64,000 bases of DNA from a bacterium (GCA_965207065.1 OZ242260.1:2464001-2528000); one strand, 5' to 3'. Counted from the first letter of the stretch, positions 19,073 to 29,575 are shown. The notes: generated by a model not told the origin, from the letters alone. Translations and numbers: made by a program.

Positions 19073-20014
19073 CTAAATCAAAACGACGCTTTGGAAGAGA
19101 TAATCCCCAATGTTCAGGATGCTCGAACCCGCCACGCGAAAGACGAACGTGGAGTGAACCTCGGCGAGCGCCCCTGCGTATATTCGCGTGTTCGCAATTG
19201 CGAAGTTGTCTTTCTCGCTGTTCGACAGGCGGATGATCTCGACTTCCGGGTAGGCCTGCTCCGTTCCGCCAAACAGTTCGAGGTCCATGTCCAGGCCCAC
19301 CAGACCCGCGATGCTCGTTGAATTCACCCAGCCCTGGCCGCCGGCTTCCTGGCGGATGACGTCATGGCCCGGCCACATCAGGATTTCGTGCGTGGCGACG
19401 GAGGTCCAGTTGGTCGACAGGGTGGTGGCGAGCGTTCCCCTGGACTGCGCGGCGTAATCCGCCTTGTTCCAGAAACTTCTGACATACACGTCGTTCGCGA
19501 GAACGAACTGGGATGAGGGGTCCGTTCTCGCGACCCCGACCAGGGTGCGGCTCATATCGTCCGTTTTGTGCGCCAGCCCCGTAGCGGCGTCGAACGCCCA
19601 GCTTCCTGTCCCGTCGAATTCGAGCTTGATCTCTCCACCGTCGTCGTAGACGAAGACCGCATAGGAGTGATCCGCAACGAGGTCCGCGTTCGTAATCGTG
19701 ATTCCCTGCCATGGCAAATCCTCGTAATAGACGTCTCCCGACGCTTCATCGATGAAGGGCACGTGACAACCCGCCACGGGATTGACGACGGCGGGATAGT
19801 AGGCGGAGCCCAGCGTCGGCTTGAACGCCAGGGTGGTGGCGTTCACGTAATCAAGCCTGCCCGCGCAATCGATGGGCTGCCTGTTGGCCCTGATTTTTCC
19901 GTCCGGGAACAGGGCGGCGAGGGCCAACCGGTCGATCACGCGGGCTTTCGTGGGGTGGTCGCCGCCGATGGCTTCTTCGGTGTAGCGGGCGGACAGATCG
20001 GCTCCGATGGGCAT
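19073..20014 (-). CDS. Putative phage tail fibre / receptor-binding protein
   Basis: EEAIGGDHPTKA..IDRL N-terminus; YAVFVYDDGG..KLE and TLVG.ART..VRSFWN fibre-like segments; beta-rich C-terminus. Confidence 0.6.
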   Translation of the reverse strand: MPIGADLSARYTEEAIGGDHPTKARVIDRLALAALFPDGKIRANRQPIDCAGRLDYVNATTLAFKPTLGSAYYPAVVNPVAGCHVPFIDEASGDVYYEDLPWQGITITNADLVADHSYAVFVYDDGGEIKLEFDGTGSWAFDAATGLAHKTDDMSRTLVGVARTDPSSQFVLANDVYVRSFWNKADYAAQSRGTLATTLSTNWTSVATHEILMWPGHDVIRQEAGGQGWVNSTSIAGLVGLDMDLELFGGTEQAYPEVEIIRLSNSEKDNFAIANTRIYAGALAEVHSTFVFRVAGSSILNIGDYLFQSVVLI

Positions 20015-20025
20015 CGTGTTCTCCT

Positions 20026-21237
20026 TTATGCGTAGGTGGCGGCGTCGCGCTCGGCGCCCAGAAGCCGGCCGCCTTCGAGTGTTATGCTCCCGTCCAGAAG
20101 AGGGGAGGATGTCAGGAAAAAGCCGGTGTCCCGGATTTTGAGTTCCATGCCCTGTTCTCCCAGGTCGTAACTCACCTCGATAACCTCCCCGATCTGGTTC
20201 ACGAGGGGTTCGAGTTTATTCGAGCGCATCCAGGGCACGCTGTACGCCAGATAGTCATCCGGTTCGATTTCGAGTGCTCTCAAGGAGTCATCCTCGATGG
20301 TGAGCATGCGGGTGGGTTCGTGATAGCGCGCCACGATGCGCGATTGAACCGTGGCGGCCACGCTCCCGCGCCGGACCCATTCGAGCCTGAGCGGGCTCTG
20401 AGGAGGTCGCCTGACGCCATAGAGCCGTTGGGAGGACCTGTTCCGGGAGGCGCTTCCGTCGTCGTGTTTGATGTAGCGCCCGCCCGGATAATCTCTCGCA
20501 TAGAGCACCGGAACCTGATTGATGACGGTGTCGCGCGCCATCTCCGCCTCGATTCGCGACTGGCCGAAACGCGGCAGAACCTTTTGGGGCGACCTAGCAG
20601 AAGGTTTCTCTCCCGCGATGTGAATTTTCAGGCGACCGAACGAGTCGATTTCGTACCGTCCGAGGAAATCGCCCAACAGAGAGGTGAGAACGTCGGCAGG
20701 CGCATGGTCGTCCAGAATGATCCCGCCCGCCCGGTAGCCGAGGGCCTTCGCGCTGGTTGCCGCACGCGAGAGGGCCTGCATGTCGACCTCCTGTTCAGTG
20801 AATCCCCAGACGCTCGTCATCAGGTCATGAATCACCTCGGCGGGATTTTCGATGAGTGCGCCGCTGTCGTTTTTCCTGCCCTTGCATACGGCGGTCACGC
20901 GCCCCTTCGGTGGGTCTGCGAAAGCGGCCGTGGCGATGGCGCCTTTTGACTGGTAGTTCCTGGCGAGTTCCAGAGAATAGCTTTCCGGCTCGACGCGGCC
21001 ATCATCGTCAAAAAGCGAGACGGCTCCCGATATTTCATGGGCGGCCACGCAGTAGACGCCGCCGTCGGCGGAGTCGATTTTCGGGAGTGCGTAGACGCCC
21101 GCATTCCCGCGTGAAGGAATGGTCAAATCCCCATAGATGACGGGGAGACTCTGGTCCTCGAATTCAGGGTTGGCGTATCTTGAAGCGCGCCCGATATGGA
21201 ATGAGTCCGAGAGCCGGACCGTCGTCGGGTCAGCCAT
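20026..21237 (-). CDS. Putative phage tail tip / baseplate hub protein
   Basis: LPVIYGD, LIENPAEVIHDL, SQRLYG, LEIEPDD segments typical of siphovirus tail-tip proteins; C-terminal LDGS repeat. Confidence 0.7.
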   Translation of the reverse strand: MADPTTVRLSDSFHIGRASRYANPEFEDQSLPVIYGDLTIPSRGNAGVYALPKIDSADGGVYCVAAHEISGAVSLFDDDGRVEPESYSLELARNYQSKGAIATAAFADPPKGRVTAVCKGRKNDSGALIENPAEVIHDLMTSVWGFTEQEVDMQALSRAATSAKALGYRAGGIILDDHAPADVLTSLLGDFLGRYEIDSFGRLKIHIAGEKPSARSPQKVLPRFGQSRIEAEMARDTVINQVPVLYARDYPGGRYIKHDDGSASRNRSSQRLYGVRRPPQSPLRLEWVRRGSVAATVQSRIVARYHEPTRMLTIEDDSLRALEIEPDDYLAYSVPWMRSNKLEPLVNQIGEVIEVSYDLGEQGMELKIRDTGFFLTSSPLLDGSITLEGGRLLGAERDAATYA

Positions 21238-21771
21238 CTAGTTGCCCTCGCATTCTATGGAGATCAGGTCGATGCGCTCGATGATCCGGCGGATGGTGAA
21301 GCTCCCGATCGAGAGAACATCGGATATGTTTTGTCCTGAAAACCCGACGCGCACGTCGACCCTTCCGCCAATGAGCGGCTCTGTCGCAAGAATGCGGCTC
21401 ATTCGCGGGTGGCCGTCCATGTCGGGAGCGTTGTTGACGGCTATCGTGAGGCCGGAGAGTTCCTTTTCTCTGAATATCTCGAGAATGGAGGGGCCTTGAA
21501 ACGCGCCGAGAGAGAAGCGCCCGCCATCTTCCACCCAATCGTGAACGCCCATGAGCACTTCCGCTCCCTCTCCCAGCAAAAGGGAACCGTCGAGAATCCG
21601 CGAGCCGTCGAGGAAATATATGCTTCCTCCTTGCCCGATCAGGAAGTCGGGCACCTGCTTTCCGCAGAACACGCGCTTTCCAGCGGCGGTGGAGAGGTGA
21701 TAGAGGACGAAGGCGGTTTTCCCCTCGTGTCCGGCGATGTCCGCAACCGCCTGATTCGTGGCGCGTCTCAT
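21238..21771 (-). CDS. Putative phage tail protein
   Basis: FLDGSRILDGSLLL motif; coupled to both neighbours. Confidence 0.6.
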   Translation of the reverse strand: MRRATNQAVADIAGHEGKTAFVLYHLSTAAGKRVFCGKQVPDFLIGQGGSIYFLDGSRILDGSLLLGEGAEVLMGVHDWVEDGGRFSLGAFQGPSILEIFREKELSGLTIAVNNAPDMDGHPRMSRILATEPLIGGRVDVRVGFSGQNISDVLSIGSFTIRRIIERIDLISIECEGN

Positions 21772-22844
21772 GCGAGTGTTTCCCTGAGCACGAGTTCGAA
21801 GGAGGAATCATCCGGCCCGATCTGCCGGGGCAAGAAGCCGCCCGCGAGGTGAGCGAGGACGATCGAAGCGGGGTCATCCACGTCCAGGTGAGCGAAGAAC
21901 GGCTTGGCCCGCCCGGCATCGACGTCCTTCACCGCCCGATACATGGCGAGAAACGCTCTTCGCTGCGCATCCGATATGCGCTCGTAGGGAAGGGTGATTG
22001 TGCGGCCACGATTCAGGAGTACGGGACGCTCCGCCATACTTTCCGTGCGGTTTGTTTCCTCGAAGGATTCTTCTCCCACCACGTTTCCGAACCAGAAATG
22101 GTCGGCGGGCTCGAAAAAGCCGCCCAGATAGATTTCCGAGACTTCCAGATAGGCATCCTGGTCGGCGGCGCCTTCGGCCAGGAGGCGCCAGTGGCGATAT
22201 GAACGCGGCGTAGTGGCGAAATAGTGGATGAGCGTGTCGCTGCGCCAGGTGAGCCTTTCATCGAGCGCGGGCGCGCGCCAGTCCGCGGACCTGTTCGCCT
22301 GAATCCGGAGACTGGCGTCGGGCGAGAAATAGTGGAGGTGGGCGATGAACACGTCGGGAGAGATCTGCGCGCCGAAATCAAGGACGAGCGACCATGGGTC
22401 TTCCGGCGGCGAGGCGCTTCTCATCTTCGTTGCGGGGTCGAGATCGTAAATTTTTCTTGGGGAATAAAAGCGGTTCGCCGTCGCCTGCCAATGATCTCCC
22501 AAGGCGAAAGCGGGTGAATCCGCCCCGTCCACGAAGCGGATCTTCACACCTGAGTCCAGGGCGATATCCGTCAGCGCGGTGGGGATGTTCGAGGCTTCCC
22601 AGCCATTCGTTGTGGTTGAGGTCTTGCGCCACTTGAAACGGGCGCTTCCCACATCGCCCGGAGCCTCGATTTCGGCGAAATAGACTTCCTGGTCCTCTCC
22701 GGTGTAGGCGCCCGAGAAGATCATCGATCCGCCCGCGCCCGCCACGCGGGGCACGCCCGCACCGACGAATCCCTTCTCTACGGAAGTGGCGGTGATGACT
22801 GTCTCGTCATCGATGAGATTTTGATACATGAAGCGATGCCCCAT
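21768..22844 (-). CDS. Putative distal tail (Dit-like) protein with discoidin/carbohydrate-binding-like insert
   Basis: Start MGHRFMYQNL with AAGGAG RBS; LVLDFG..RIQAN..YRHWRL..EVSEIYLG segment; C-terminal FELVLRE. Confidence 0.6.
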   Translation of the reverse strand: MGHRFMYQNLIDDETVITATSVEKGFVGAGVPRVAGAGGSMIFSGAYTGEDQEVYFAEIEAPGDVGSARFKWRKTSTTTNGWEASNIPTALTDIALDSGVKIRFVDGADSPAFALGDHWQATANRFYSPRKIYDLDPATKMRSASPPEDPWSLVLDFGAQISPDVFIAHLHYFSPDASLRIQANRSADWRAPALDERLTWRSDTLIHYFATTPRSYRHWRLLAEGAADQDAYLEVSEIYLGGFFEPADHFWFGNVVGEESFEETNRTESMAERPVLLNRGRTITLPYERISDAQRRAFLAMYRAVKDVDAGRAKPFFAHLDVDDPASIVLAHLAGGFLPRQIGPDDSSFELVLRETLA

Positions 22845-23096
22845 TCCAATCTCCTTGGTGAGGGCTTCCGTTTCGGAAGAAGCGTTTCTCCCGTCGTGTT
22901 CTGGCATCACTCCGGTGCGAGGGGATGCCGAGGTCACCGAATATATGGGAACCGGAGTGGAGGGTTCGCCTCGCAAATGCGGGCAAATGCGCGGAAAAGA
23001 GGCATCGGATAAGTCGCAGGTATTCTTCCTGGAACGGAGTGAGCCATCAATTTCCGGAAGCGCTTTGGTTTTCCGGCACGCGCGCGATATGGAAAC

Positions 23097-23124
23097 TTGA
23101 GAACCTGGGAAAATCTGCTATGAT
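23097..23124 (+). promoter_or_regulatory. Putative sigma70 promoter
   Basis: TTGAGA-16 nt-TATGAT with extended -10 TG. Confidence 0.45.
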
Positions 23125-23206
23125 GAAGCCTCACCAGAATGATGGGGTTTCTGTCAGATCCCGCTGTTTTATGTGATATCCGCCTGATACTGCGAAAGGA
23201 ATCGCG

Positions 23207-24703
23207 ATGCGCAGGAGGGTGGCGCGTCTTTTCTCTCGATATGGCTCCATTCAAATATCCGGTAGTCGTTCTGCGAAATTTTGCGTAGTTGGCGTGTGCC
23301 TGGCGCTGGGCATCGGCGTGTTTTTGGGCGTCCGCTCCGTCACACCTCCTCCCCCGGTTTCGTCCGAAAAAACTCCTGCAACCCGTGAGGCGCCTCAGGG
23401 CGAACGAGCGCCCCAGAAGGTGAAAAAAGGTGCCGCGCCGAACCGCGAGTTCGCCCACGCGCCACGGAATATGATGCGCGAGAAACCCAAAGAAGATGCT
23501 TTGAAGAAAGCCTTTCGGGATCAGCCAATCATGAGTCCTCCGAATGAGGAAAGACTCACTACGGAAGCCGGCAAATTCTCAAAATCGGACACAGTCATCG
23601 GCGTGTTGATGGCGCATAAAGTGCCCCGTTCGGAAATTCAGAAAGTCCTGGATAGCGTCCGCAACAAACGTATTTTTTCGCGCATTCGGACGGGTCGGCG
23701 GTACGAAGTGAGAAAAAAAGATGGAGAATTTCATGAATTCGTTCTTCAAATCGACAACGAAAGTCGACTCATCATCTCGCGAACGCCAAACGGGACGATG
23801 ACTGCCTCGAAAGAGGCGATACCCTATTCCATAGATGTCGTTCGCATTCAATCCCGCATCGAGAGTTCCTTGTACAAGGCCATAGCCGATGGCGGCGGCG
23901 CTCCCGTACTGGTGAACGAGCTGAGCGATATTTTTGCGTACGTCATTGATTTTCATAAGGATATACGGAGTGGAGACGAGGTGGAAGTCCTGGTCGAGCG
24001 AAAGCATTTCAGGGATGAATTCACCGGTTACGGGAGGATTCTGGCGGCTGAGTTCATTGTTGGAGACAGGCGGCACACAGCAGTGTATTTCAAGCACGCA
24101 GGCGGGAGGTATTACAACTTCGAGGGTGAATCGCTGAGACGCGCCTTTTTGCGCTCTCCGCTCCGCTATACGCGAATCAGTTCGCGCTTCTCGAAGCGGC
24201 GCTTTCATCCCCTGCTCAAGCGCTACCGTCCCCACTTTGGCGTCGACTACGCCGCGCCCCGGGGTACGCCTGTACATGCGGTCGCCGACGGGGTCGTCGC
24301 CTGGGCGGGCCGCAAGCGGCAGGCCGGCAAGACGATAGAACTGCGCCATGGCGGGGGATATCGAACCGCGTATCTCCATCTGTATCGGTACGCGCGCGGG
24401 ATTCGCGCGGGCAGAAGGGTTGTTCAGGGCGATGTGATTGGCTACGTGGGCTCCACGGGGTTGTCCACCGGCCCTCATCTGGACTACAGGCTCATCCGCC
24501 GGGGGCGGTATTTGGACCCCTTGAAGGCGGAGCTTCCCAAAGGTATGCCGCTTCCCAGTTCTCTGCGCCCGGCATTCAATAAGATCTTGGATGAGCGGCG
24601 AACGATGTTTGACAATTTACCCCTGCTCAAGGAAGTTCAGGCTTCGCCGGCGGCCCACGAGCCGTTCTCCAGCGACGCGGAAAAGAGAACATCACGTCTT
24701 TGA
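23207..24703 (+). CDS. M23 family peptidoglycan endopeptidase (MepM/Csd3-like)
   Basis: N-terminal TM; HFGVDY, YLHL, GSTGLSTGPHLDY. Confidence 0.9.
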   Translation: MRRRVARLFSRYGSIQISGSRSAKFCVVGVCLALGIGVFLGVRSVTPPPPVSSEKTPATREAPQGERAPQKVKKGAAPNREFAHAPRNMMREKPKEDALKKAFRDQPIMSPPNEERLTTEAGKFSKSDTVIGVLMAHKVPRSEIQKVLDSVRNKRIFSRIRTGRRYEVRKKDGEFHEFVLQIDNESRLIISRTPNGTMTASKEAIPYSIDVVRIQSRIESSLYKAIADGGGAPVLVNELSDIFAYVIDFHKDIRSGDEVEVLVERKHFRDEFTGYGRILAAEFIVGDRRHTAVYFKHAGGRYYNFEGESLRRAFLRSPLRYTRISSRFSKRRFHPLLKRYRPHFGVDYAAPRGTPVHAVADGVVAWAGRKRQAGKTIELRHGGGYRTAYLHLYRYARGIRAGRRVVQGDVIGYVGSTGLSTGPHLDYRLIRRGRYLDPLKAELPKGMPLPSSLRPAFNKILDERRTMFDNLPLLKEVQASPAAHEPFSSDAEKRTSRL

Positions 24704-24727
24704 ACTGAATACGAAACAAGGGAGAAG

Positions 24728-25243
24728 GTGCTCATGTTGATTCCCTTTGAGGGAGTTCTGCCCGAGGTTCATGAAACCGCCTGGTTGGCGGAGACCGCTG
24801 TGGTCATCGGCGACGTGGAGATCGGCGAGCACAGCAGCGTCTGGTACAACTGCGTTCTGCGCGGGGACCATATGCCCATCCGCGTGGGCAAGCGCACCAA
24901 CATACAGGACGGCTCCATTCTGCACATCGAGAGCGGCAAATACGACTGCGTGCTTGGCGATGACATTACCGTGGGCCACATGGCTATCGTACATGGGTGC
25001 CATGTGGGAGACGGCGCCGTCATCGCGATGGGGGCCATCGTGCTGAACAACGCGAAGGTGGGCGCGGGCGCCGTCGTGGGAGCGGGCGCCGTCGTGCCCG
25101 AGAACAAGGTTATCGAGCCAGGCACCCTCTGGCTGGGCGCGCCTGCAAAATATGTTCGCGATCTGAGCGATGAGGAAATAGAGCGTTTCAAGAAAGCCGC
25201 CGTCTCCTACATGAACAACAAAGAACGTTTCAGAAATTCCTGA
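24728..25243 (+). CDS. Gamma carbonic anhydrase family (hexapeptide repeat) protein
   Basis: IGDVEIG..SSVW..VLRGD, NIQD..H, VGH..HGC. Confidence 0.92.
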   Translation: MLMLIPFEGVLPEVHETAWLAETAVVIGDVEIGEHSSVWYNCVLRGDHMPIRVGKRTNIQDGSILHIESGKYDCVLGDDITVGHMAIVHGCHVGDGAVIAMGAIVLNNAKVGAGAVVGAGAVVPENKVIEPGTLWLGAPAKYVRDLSDEEIERFKKAAVSYMNNKERFRNS

Positions 25244-25267
25244 CCGCGCCGGAAATCCTCTTTTATC

Positions 25268-26227
25268 ATGTCTGATCAATCCCGCGCCGAATCCTCGGCC
25301 CCGCTGGCTGCGGTGGTGGATTTGGGCACGAACGCGGCCCGGTTGGCGCTCGCCACGCTCGATGATGCGGGCAGGCTGGAATCGCGGGGCCGCTGGCGCG
25401 AGTTGATACGCCTGGGCGAGGGGGTTCGCGAAACGGGACTGCTCTCCGAAAGCGCGATGGAGAGAGGGCTCGCATGCCTTTCCCGGTTTGCGCAGATCAT
25501 TCGCGAGCATCGCGTCCATCTCGTCGATGCCGTGGCTACGAGCGCATTGCGTGAGGCGCAAAACGCGGATGTCTTCATTTCGCGCGCCCTGGAGCTGGGG
25601 ATTGCAATGCGCGTGATTCCGCCGGAAGAGGAAGCGCGCCTGGCGTTCGCGGGTGTTTTCGCCGGTGAGGGACATAGGCCCGAGCGCGCGCTGGTGTTCG
25701 ACGTCGGCGGAGGAAGCCTGGAGGTAATTCTCTCCGAGAGCGGCGAGGTTCGGGATATGGTGAGCCTTCCCGCCGGCGTGGTGTATCTGACGGAGCGTTA
25801 CCTGAAAACAATGCCCACGCCGGATGAGCAAGTGCAGGCTTGCTCCCTGGCGGTGGAGGCGATGTTGAGGGATGTTGATTTCGGCGAGGCGGCGTTGGCG
25901 GAAATCCCCTTTATCGGCTGCGGGGGAGTAGTGGCGCTGGCATGGTTTGTGACTGAAGGCGCACCGCCGGGTGGGCGCGTAGACGGGCTTTCGCTCCCTG
26001 GCGCTTTTTTCGAAGAATGGGTGGGTCGGTTCGCCGGGCTGACTTACGGGCAGAGGAGAGAGCTACGCGGTTTCGAGTCGGGGAGGGAAGATGTAGCGCT
26101 CGCCGGGCTGATAGTCGTGCGCGCGCTGTTGCGGTGGGGACGCAAGAAGAAATTAGGCGTATCGACCGGCGGTGTTCGCGAGGGAAGGCTTTTGGAGTTG
26201 TTGAAGACAGGCGCACAGAGTTGTTGA
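25268..26227 (+). CDS. Ppx/GppA family exopolyphosphatase
   Basis: DLGTN, ATSALREA.N, EEEARL, DVGGGSLE, GVREG. Confidence 0.9.
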   Translation: MSDQSRAESSAPLAAVVDLGTNAARLALATLDDAGRLESRGRWRELIRLGEGVRETGLLSESAMERGLACLSRFAQIIREHRVHLVDAVATSALREAQNADVFISRALELGIAMRVIPPEEEARLAFAGVFAGEGHRPERALVFDVGGGSLEVILSESGEVRDMVSLPAGVVYLTERYLKTMPTPDEQVQACSLAVEAMLRDVDFGEAALAEIPFIGCGGVVALAWFVTEGAPPGGRVDGLSLPGAFFEEWVGRFAGLTYGQRRELRGFESGREDVALAGLIVVRALLRWGRKKKLGVSTGGVREGRLLELLKTGAQSC

Positions 26228-26299
26228 AATTGATTCAGAGGCGTGTGTTGATTCAATGAATCACAGGACACCCCGAAATAACCCCTTGTGCTTTGTTGT

Positions 26300-26328
26300 T
26301 TGACACGGCCTCTCCGCCTTTTTATATT
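26300..26328 (+). promoter_or_regulatory. sigma70 promoter of the yceD-rpmF-plsX-fab cluster
   Basis: TTGACA-17 nt-TATATT. Confidence 0.65.
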
Positions 26329-26417
26329 TTGAAACCAGGCGTTATGGATAGGAGCCCGATGCGACCCTGTGTCGCAAAACGCCCCATCACGTGGCGCACT
26401 TCCTCTGGGGAAACGAT

Positions 26418-26954
26418 ATGGGGAAAATACTTCAATTTCCTCTCTCCCAAATTCCGGATATTGGCTTGGATGTCGCTCTGGATTTGGAAATGGATGATTT
26501 GGAGGAAGATTGGTTCCGGGCTTCCAGTCTAAAGCTCATCGGCAAGTTGGAGAAAACAGGCTCTGATGAAGTGAGTTTCCAGGGCCGGTTGAGTGGTCGG
26601 TTTTTATTGGAATGTTCTCTTGGGCTGGCGGAATTTCTTCACTCGTTCAATGAGCCTCTGGCCGTCTATTTTTCGAGAATGCCGCAAGATTCCGGTTCAG
26701 AAGGTGAAGTCGAACTGAATGAAGAAGATCTCGAGGTCGCATACATCGAAAATGAAACGGTGGACTTGACGATGCCCGTTCGCGATCAAATCGGGCTGGC
26801 GATTCCCATTCAACCCCGGTGTCCTGATAAATGCCTGGGGGAGGCGCCTGAAACTTGCCGGAAACTCGATGAGGGAACTTCCGTCGGTGTAGGCGCGGGG
26901 TCGGATCCGCGCTGGGGGGCACTCAGGGGTTGGAAACCAGGGGACTCCCCATGA
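26418..26954 (+). CDS. yceD: DUF177/YceD family protein
   Basis: Acidic; VDL..VRDQI.LAIP..P.C..C.G; DPRW..L; position upstream of rpmF. Confidence 0.8.
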   Translation: MGKILQFPLSQIPDIGLDVALDLEMDDLEEDWFRASSLKLIGKLEKTGSDEVSFQGRLSGRFLLECSLGLAEFLHSFNEPLAVYFSRMPQDSGSEGEVELNEEDLEVAYIENETVDLTMPVRDQIGLAIPIQPRCPDKCLGEAPETCRKLDEGTSVGVGAGSDPRWGALRGWKPGDSP

Positions 26955-27097
26955 GTTTTGTATGGTTCGTATGTGTTGAATCCCAAATTTGAAATATGTG
27001 GTAGTATGTGGTGTTTCTGTTTTCGGGCATGAGGCCGAGAGGGCATCGGCGGGAATTGCTCGGGTTTAACGAATTATTGTGAAAGGAGTGCGGTGCT

Positions 27098-27277
27098 GTG
27101 GGGCTTCCCAAACGTCGGCACTCGCAGGCGCGAGGCCGCAAAAGAAGAACACATTATAAGGTAGCGAAACCGTCGATTGCGATTTGCTCGAATTGCAATA
27201 ATCCGGTGCTGCCCCACCGGGTGTGCAATGTCTGCGGGTATTACAAGGGGCAAAAAGTTTTAGAAGTGAAGGTATAA
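27098..27277 (+). CDS. rpmF: 50S ribosomal protein L32 (59 aa, below the ORF-track cutoff)
   Basis: GTG start after AAAGGAG; MGLPKRRHSQARGRKRRTHY...CSNC..HRVCNVCGYYKG. Confidence 0.95.
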   Translation: MGLPKRRHSQARGRKRRTHYKVAKPSIAICSNCNNPVLPHRVCNVCGYYKGQKVLEVKV

Positions 27278-27297
27278 TATTAACGCTGGAAGAGATT

Positions 27298-28413
27298 ATG
27301 AAAATAGCGATAGATGCCATGGGGGGAGACAACGCGCCTTCGGCAATCATAGAAGGAGCGTTCGACGCGCATCGAGAAGAGGGTATCGAATCCATCCTGG
27401 TGGGTTCGCCGGAGCGGATCGAGGCGGAACTCAAGCGCCTCGGAGCTTCCAAGGACACCTTCGATATTCGCTCGGCGAGCCAAGTCATCGGCATGGGTGA
27501 ATCGCCCACGAAGTCGGTGAAGTCCAAGCCGGATTCATCCATGCACGTCGCTCTTCAGTTGGTCAAGGACGGAGAGGCGCAGGCGGTGTTCAGCGCAGGC
27601 GACACCGGAGGCGCCTTCGCTACGGGTCTGGCCGTATTGCAGCGTATGCCGGGGGTTCAGCGGCCCGCCATCGCTGCTCTGATCCCCACCCTCAAAGGAT
27701 TTTCCGTCATGCTGGACGTGGGAGCGAATCTGACCCCGCGAGCGCAGCACTTGTTCCAATTCGGCGTTATGGGCTCGGTCTATACCGAGGAGGTGTTCAA
27801 GAAACCCGCGCCCACGGTGGGACTGTTGAACGTGGGGGGAGAGGATTCCAAAGGAACCGACGTACTCAAGGCGGTCCATGAAATTTTTGTGAAAAGCGAT
27901 TTGAATTTTGTGGGCAATGTAGAGGGAAGCACTATTTTCCAGGGCGACACGGACGTGGTTGTGTGCGACGGGTTTGCCGGAAACGTGGCTTTGAAGGTGA
28001 GCGAGAGTCTCAGTGAAATGCTGACGACGCTGCTCAGAGAGGAAATTGTCGGTTCGGTGCGCAGCAAGATCGGATATATGTTTTTGCAAAACGGGCTGAA
28101 ATCCATGCGTCAGAGAACCGATTATTCCGAATACGGGGCGGCGCCATTGCTGGGATTGGGCGGAATTTGTACAATTGGACATGGTCGCAGCAACTCAAAG
28201 GCCGTGAAGAACGCCATTCGAACGACAGCGAGTATCGTCAAGGTTGATCTGAATGAGAAGATACAAAAAGAGATTGACAAGCATATCTCCATACAGCGCA
28301 GCGGAGATGTCGGCTGGCGTTTATGGAATCAGATACGAACGGGCATTTTTTACGAAAAGGTAACGGGCGACGAGAAACAGAATGGCGATGAAGAAGAAAA
28401 TCAGCCCTCTTGA
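27298..28413 (+). CDS. plsX: Phosphate acyltransferase
   Basis: MKIAIDAMGGD, LDVGAN, VCDGFAGN, GHGRSN. Confidence 0.95.
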   Translation: MKIAIDAMGGDNAPSAIIEGAFDAHREEGIESILVGSPERIEAELKRLGASKDTFDIRSASQVIGMGESPTKSVKSKPDSSMHVALQLVKDGEAQAVFSAGDTGGAFATGLAVLQRMPGVQRPAIAALIPTLKGFSVMLDVGANLTPRAQHLFQFGVMGSVYTEEVFKKPAPTVGLLNVGGEDSKGTDVLKAVHEIFVKSDLNFVGNVEGSTIFQGDTDVVVCDGFAGNVALKVSESLSEMLTTLLREEIVGSVRSKIGYMFLQNGLKSMRQRTDYSEYGAAPLLGLGGICTIGHGRSNSKAVKNAIRTTASIVKVDLNEKIQKEIDKHISIQRSGDVGWRLWNQIRTGIFYEKVTGDEKQNGDEEENQPS

Positions 28414-28480
28414 TATCTGAGCCGGTTTTCGACTACGATCACTCCCTGGCAGTAACCTCGCCCGAATAGGGGTTCATATT

Positions 28481-29470
28481 GTGACCCACTCCGTCATCCT
28501 GGGGACGGGCTCTTACGTTCCTGAAAGAGTTCTCTCGAACGCCGAGCTGGAAAAGATGGTCGATACCAGCGACCAATGGATTCGCGAGAGAACGGGAATC
28601 AGCGAGCGGCGTGTGGCGAAGCCTGATGAAGCAACTTCCCACTTGTCGATTCATGCCGCCAATCAGGCGCTTGAAGCCGCGGGTTTGGGGCCTGAGGAAA
28701 TCGACCTCATTATCGTAACAACTCTCACGCCGGACACAATGTGTCCGGCTGCGGCTTGCTGGCTTCAGTCTCATATCGGCGCGCATCGGGCCGCTGCGTT
28801 TGACTTGAACGCGGCGTGCACGGGTTTCGTCTATGGTCTGCAGGCGGCGGACGCCTACATTCGCTCAGGCATGATGAAAAAAATACTTTTGGTTTCCGCC
28901 GACGTGATGACGCGTATGACGAACTGGGAGGACAGGGGTACCTGCGTGTTGTGGGGCGATGGAGCCGGCGCCGTCGTTGTGGGGGCGTCGGAGAATGGGC
29001 GAAGAGGCGTTTTGGATTCCAGGGTGTATAGCGACGGAAATGCAGGAGAACTTATTATGGTTCCAGGCGGTGGTTCGAAATTCGCCCCGTTCACTGCGGA
29101 CGACGTACACAACAAAGAGCATTTATTGCAGATGAAAGGGCAAGAGACGTTCAAGACGGCTGTGCGCTATTTCCTGGAAGTTTGCAAGGAAACGCTGGAG
29201 CGAAGCGGCCTCACTTTGGATGACGTGGATGTTTTTATCCCGCATCAGGCGAATCTGCGAATTATCGAAGCCGTGGCGAAACGACTTGAATTGTCGATGG
29301 ATAAGGTGATTATCACGATCAATAAATATGGCAATATGTCCGCGGCCACCATCCCGGTTGCGCTGGATGAAACGGTGAGGGAGGGAAGAATTCGAAGCGG
29401 AGATAATGTGCTCATGGCCGCTTTCGGCGGAGGCCTCACATGGGGTGCGGCTTTGGTCGAATGGAATTGA
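28481..29470 (+). CDS. fabH: 3-oxoacyl-ACP synthase III
   Basis: DTSDQWIRERTGI, AACTGF, PHQAN, YGNMSAA. Confidence 0.95.
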   Translation: MTHSVILGTGSYVPERVLSNAELEKMVDTSDQWIRERTGISERRVAKPDEATSHLSIHAANQALEAAGLGPEEIDLIIVTTLTPDTMCPAAACWLQSHIGAHRAAAFDLNAACTGFVYGLQAADAYIRSGMMKKILLVSADVMTRMTNWEDRGTCVLWGDGAGAVVVGASENGRRGVLDSRVYSDGNAGELIMVPGGGSKFAPFTADDVHNKEHLLQMKGQETFKTAVRYFLEVCKETLERSGLTLDDVDVFIPHQANLRIIEAVAKRLELSMDKVIITINKYGNMSAATIPVALDETVREGRIRSGDNVLMAAFGGGLTWGAALVEWN

Positions 29471-29575
29471 AGAAATGAACGCCCGGAATTGTTTTGCTTC
29501 ACCCCCCGCCCTGTTTTACTCGCGAGCATAATTGATTCAAGCATTGCCGTTCATGCCATAGGTAAGGGTTGCTAG

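Noticed and set aside
16019-22991. 20-mer direct repeat as definite attL/attR of a prophage
   Set aside because: A third identical copy lies at 38052 and no integrase or tRNA target is present; kept only as a repeat finding
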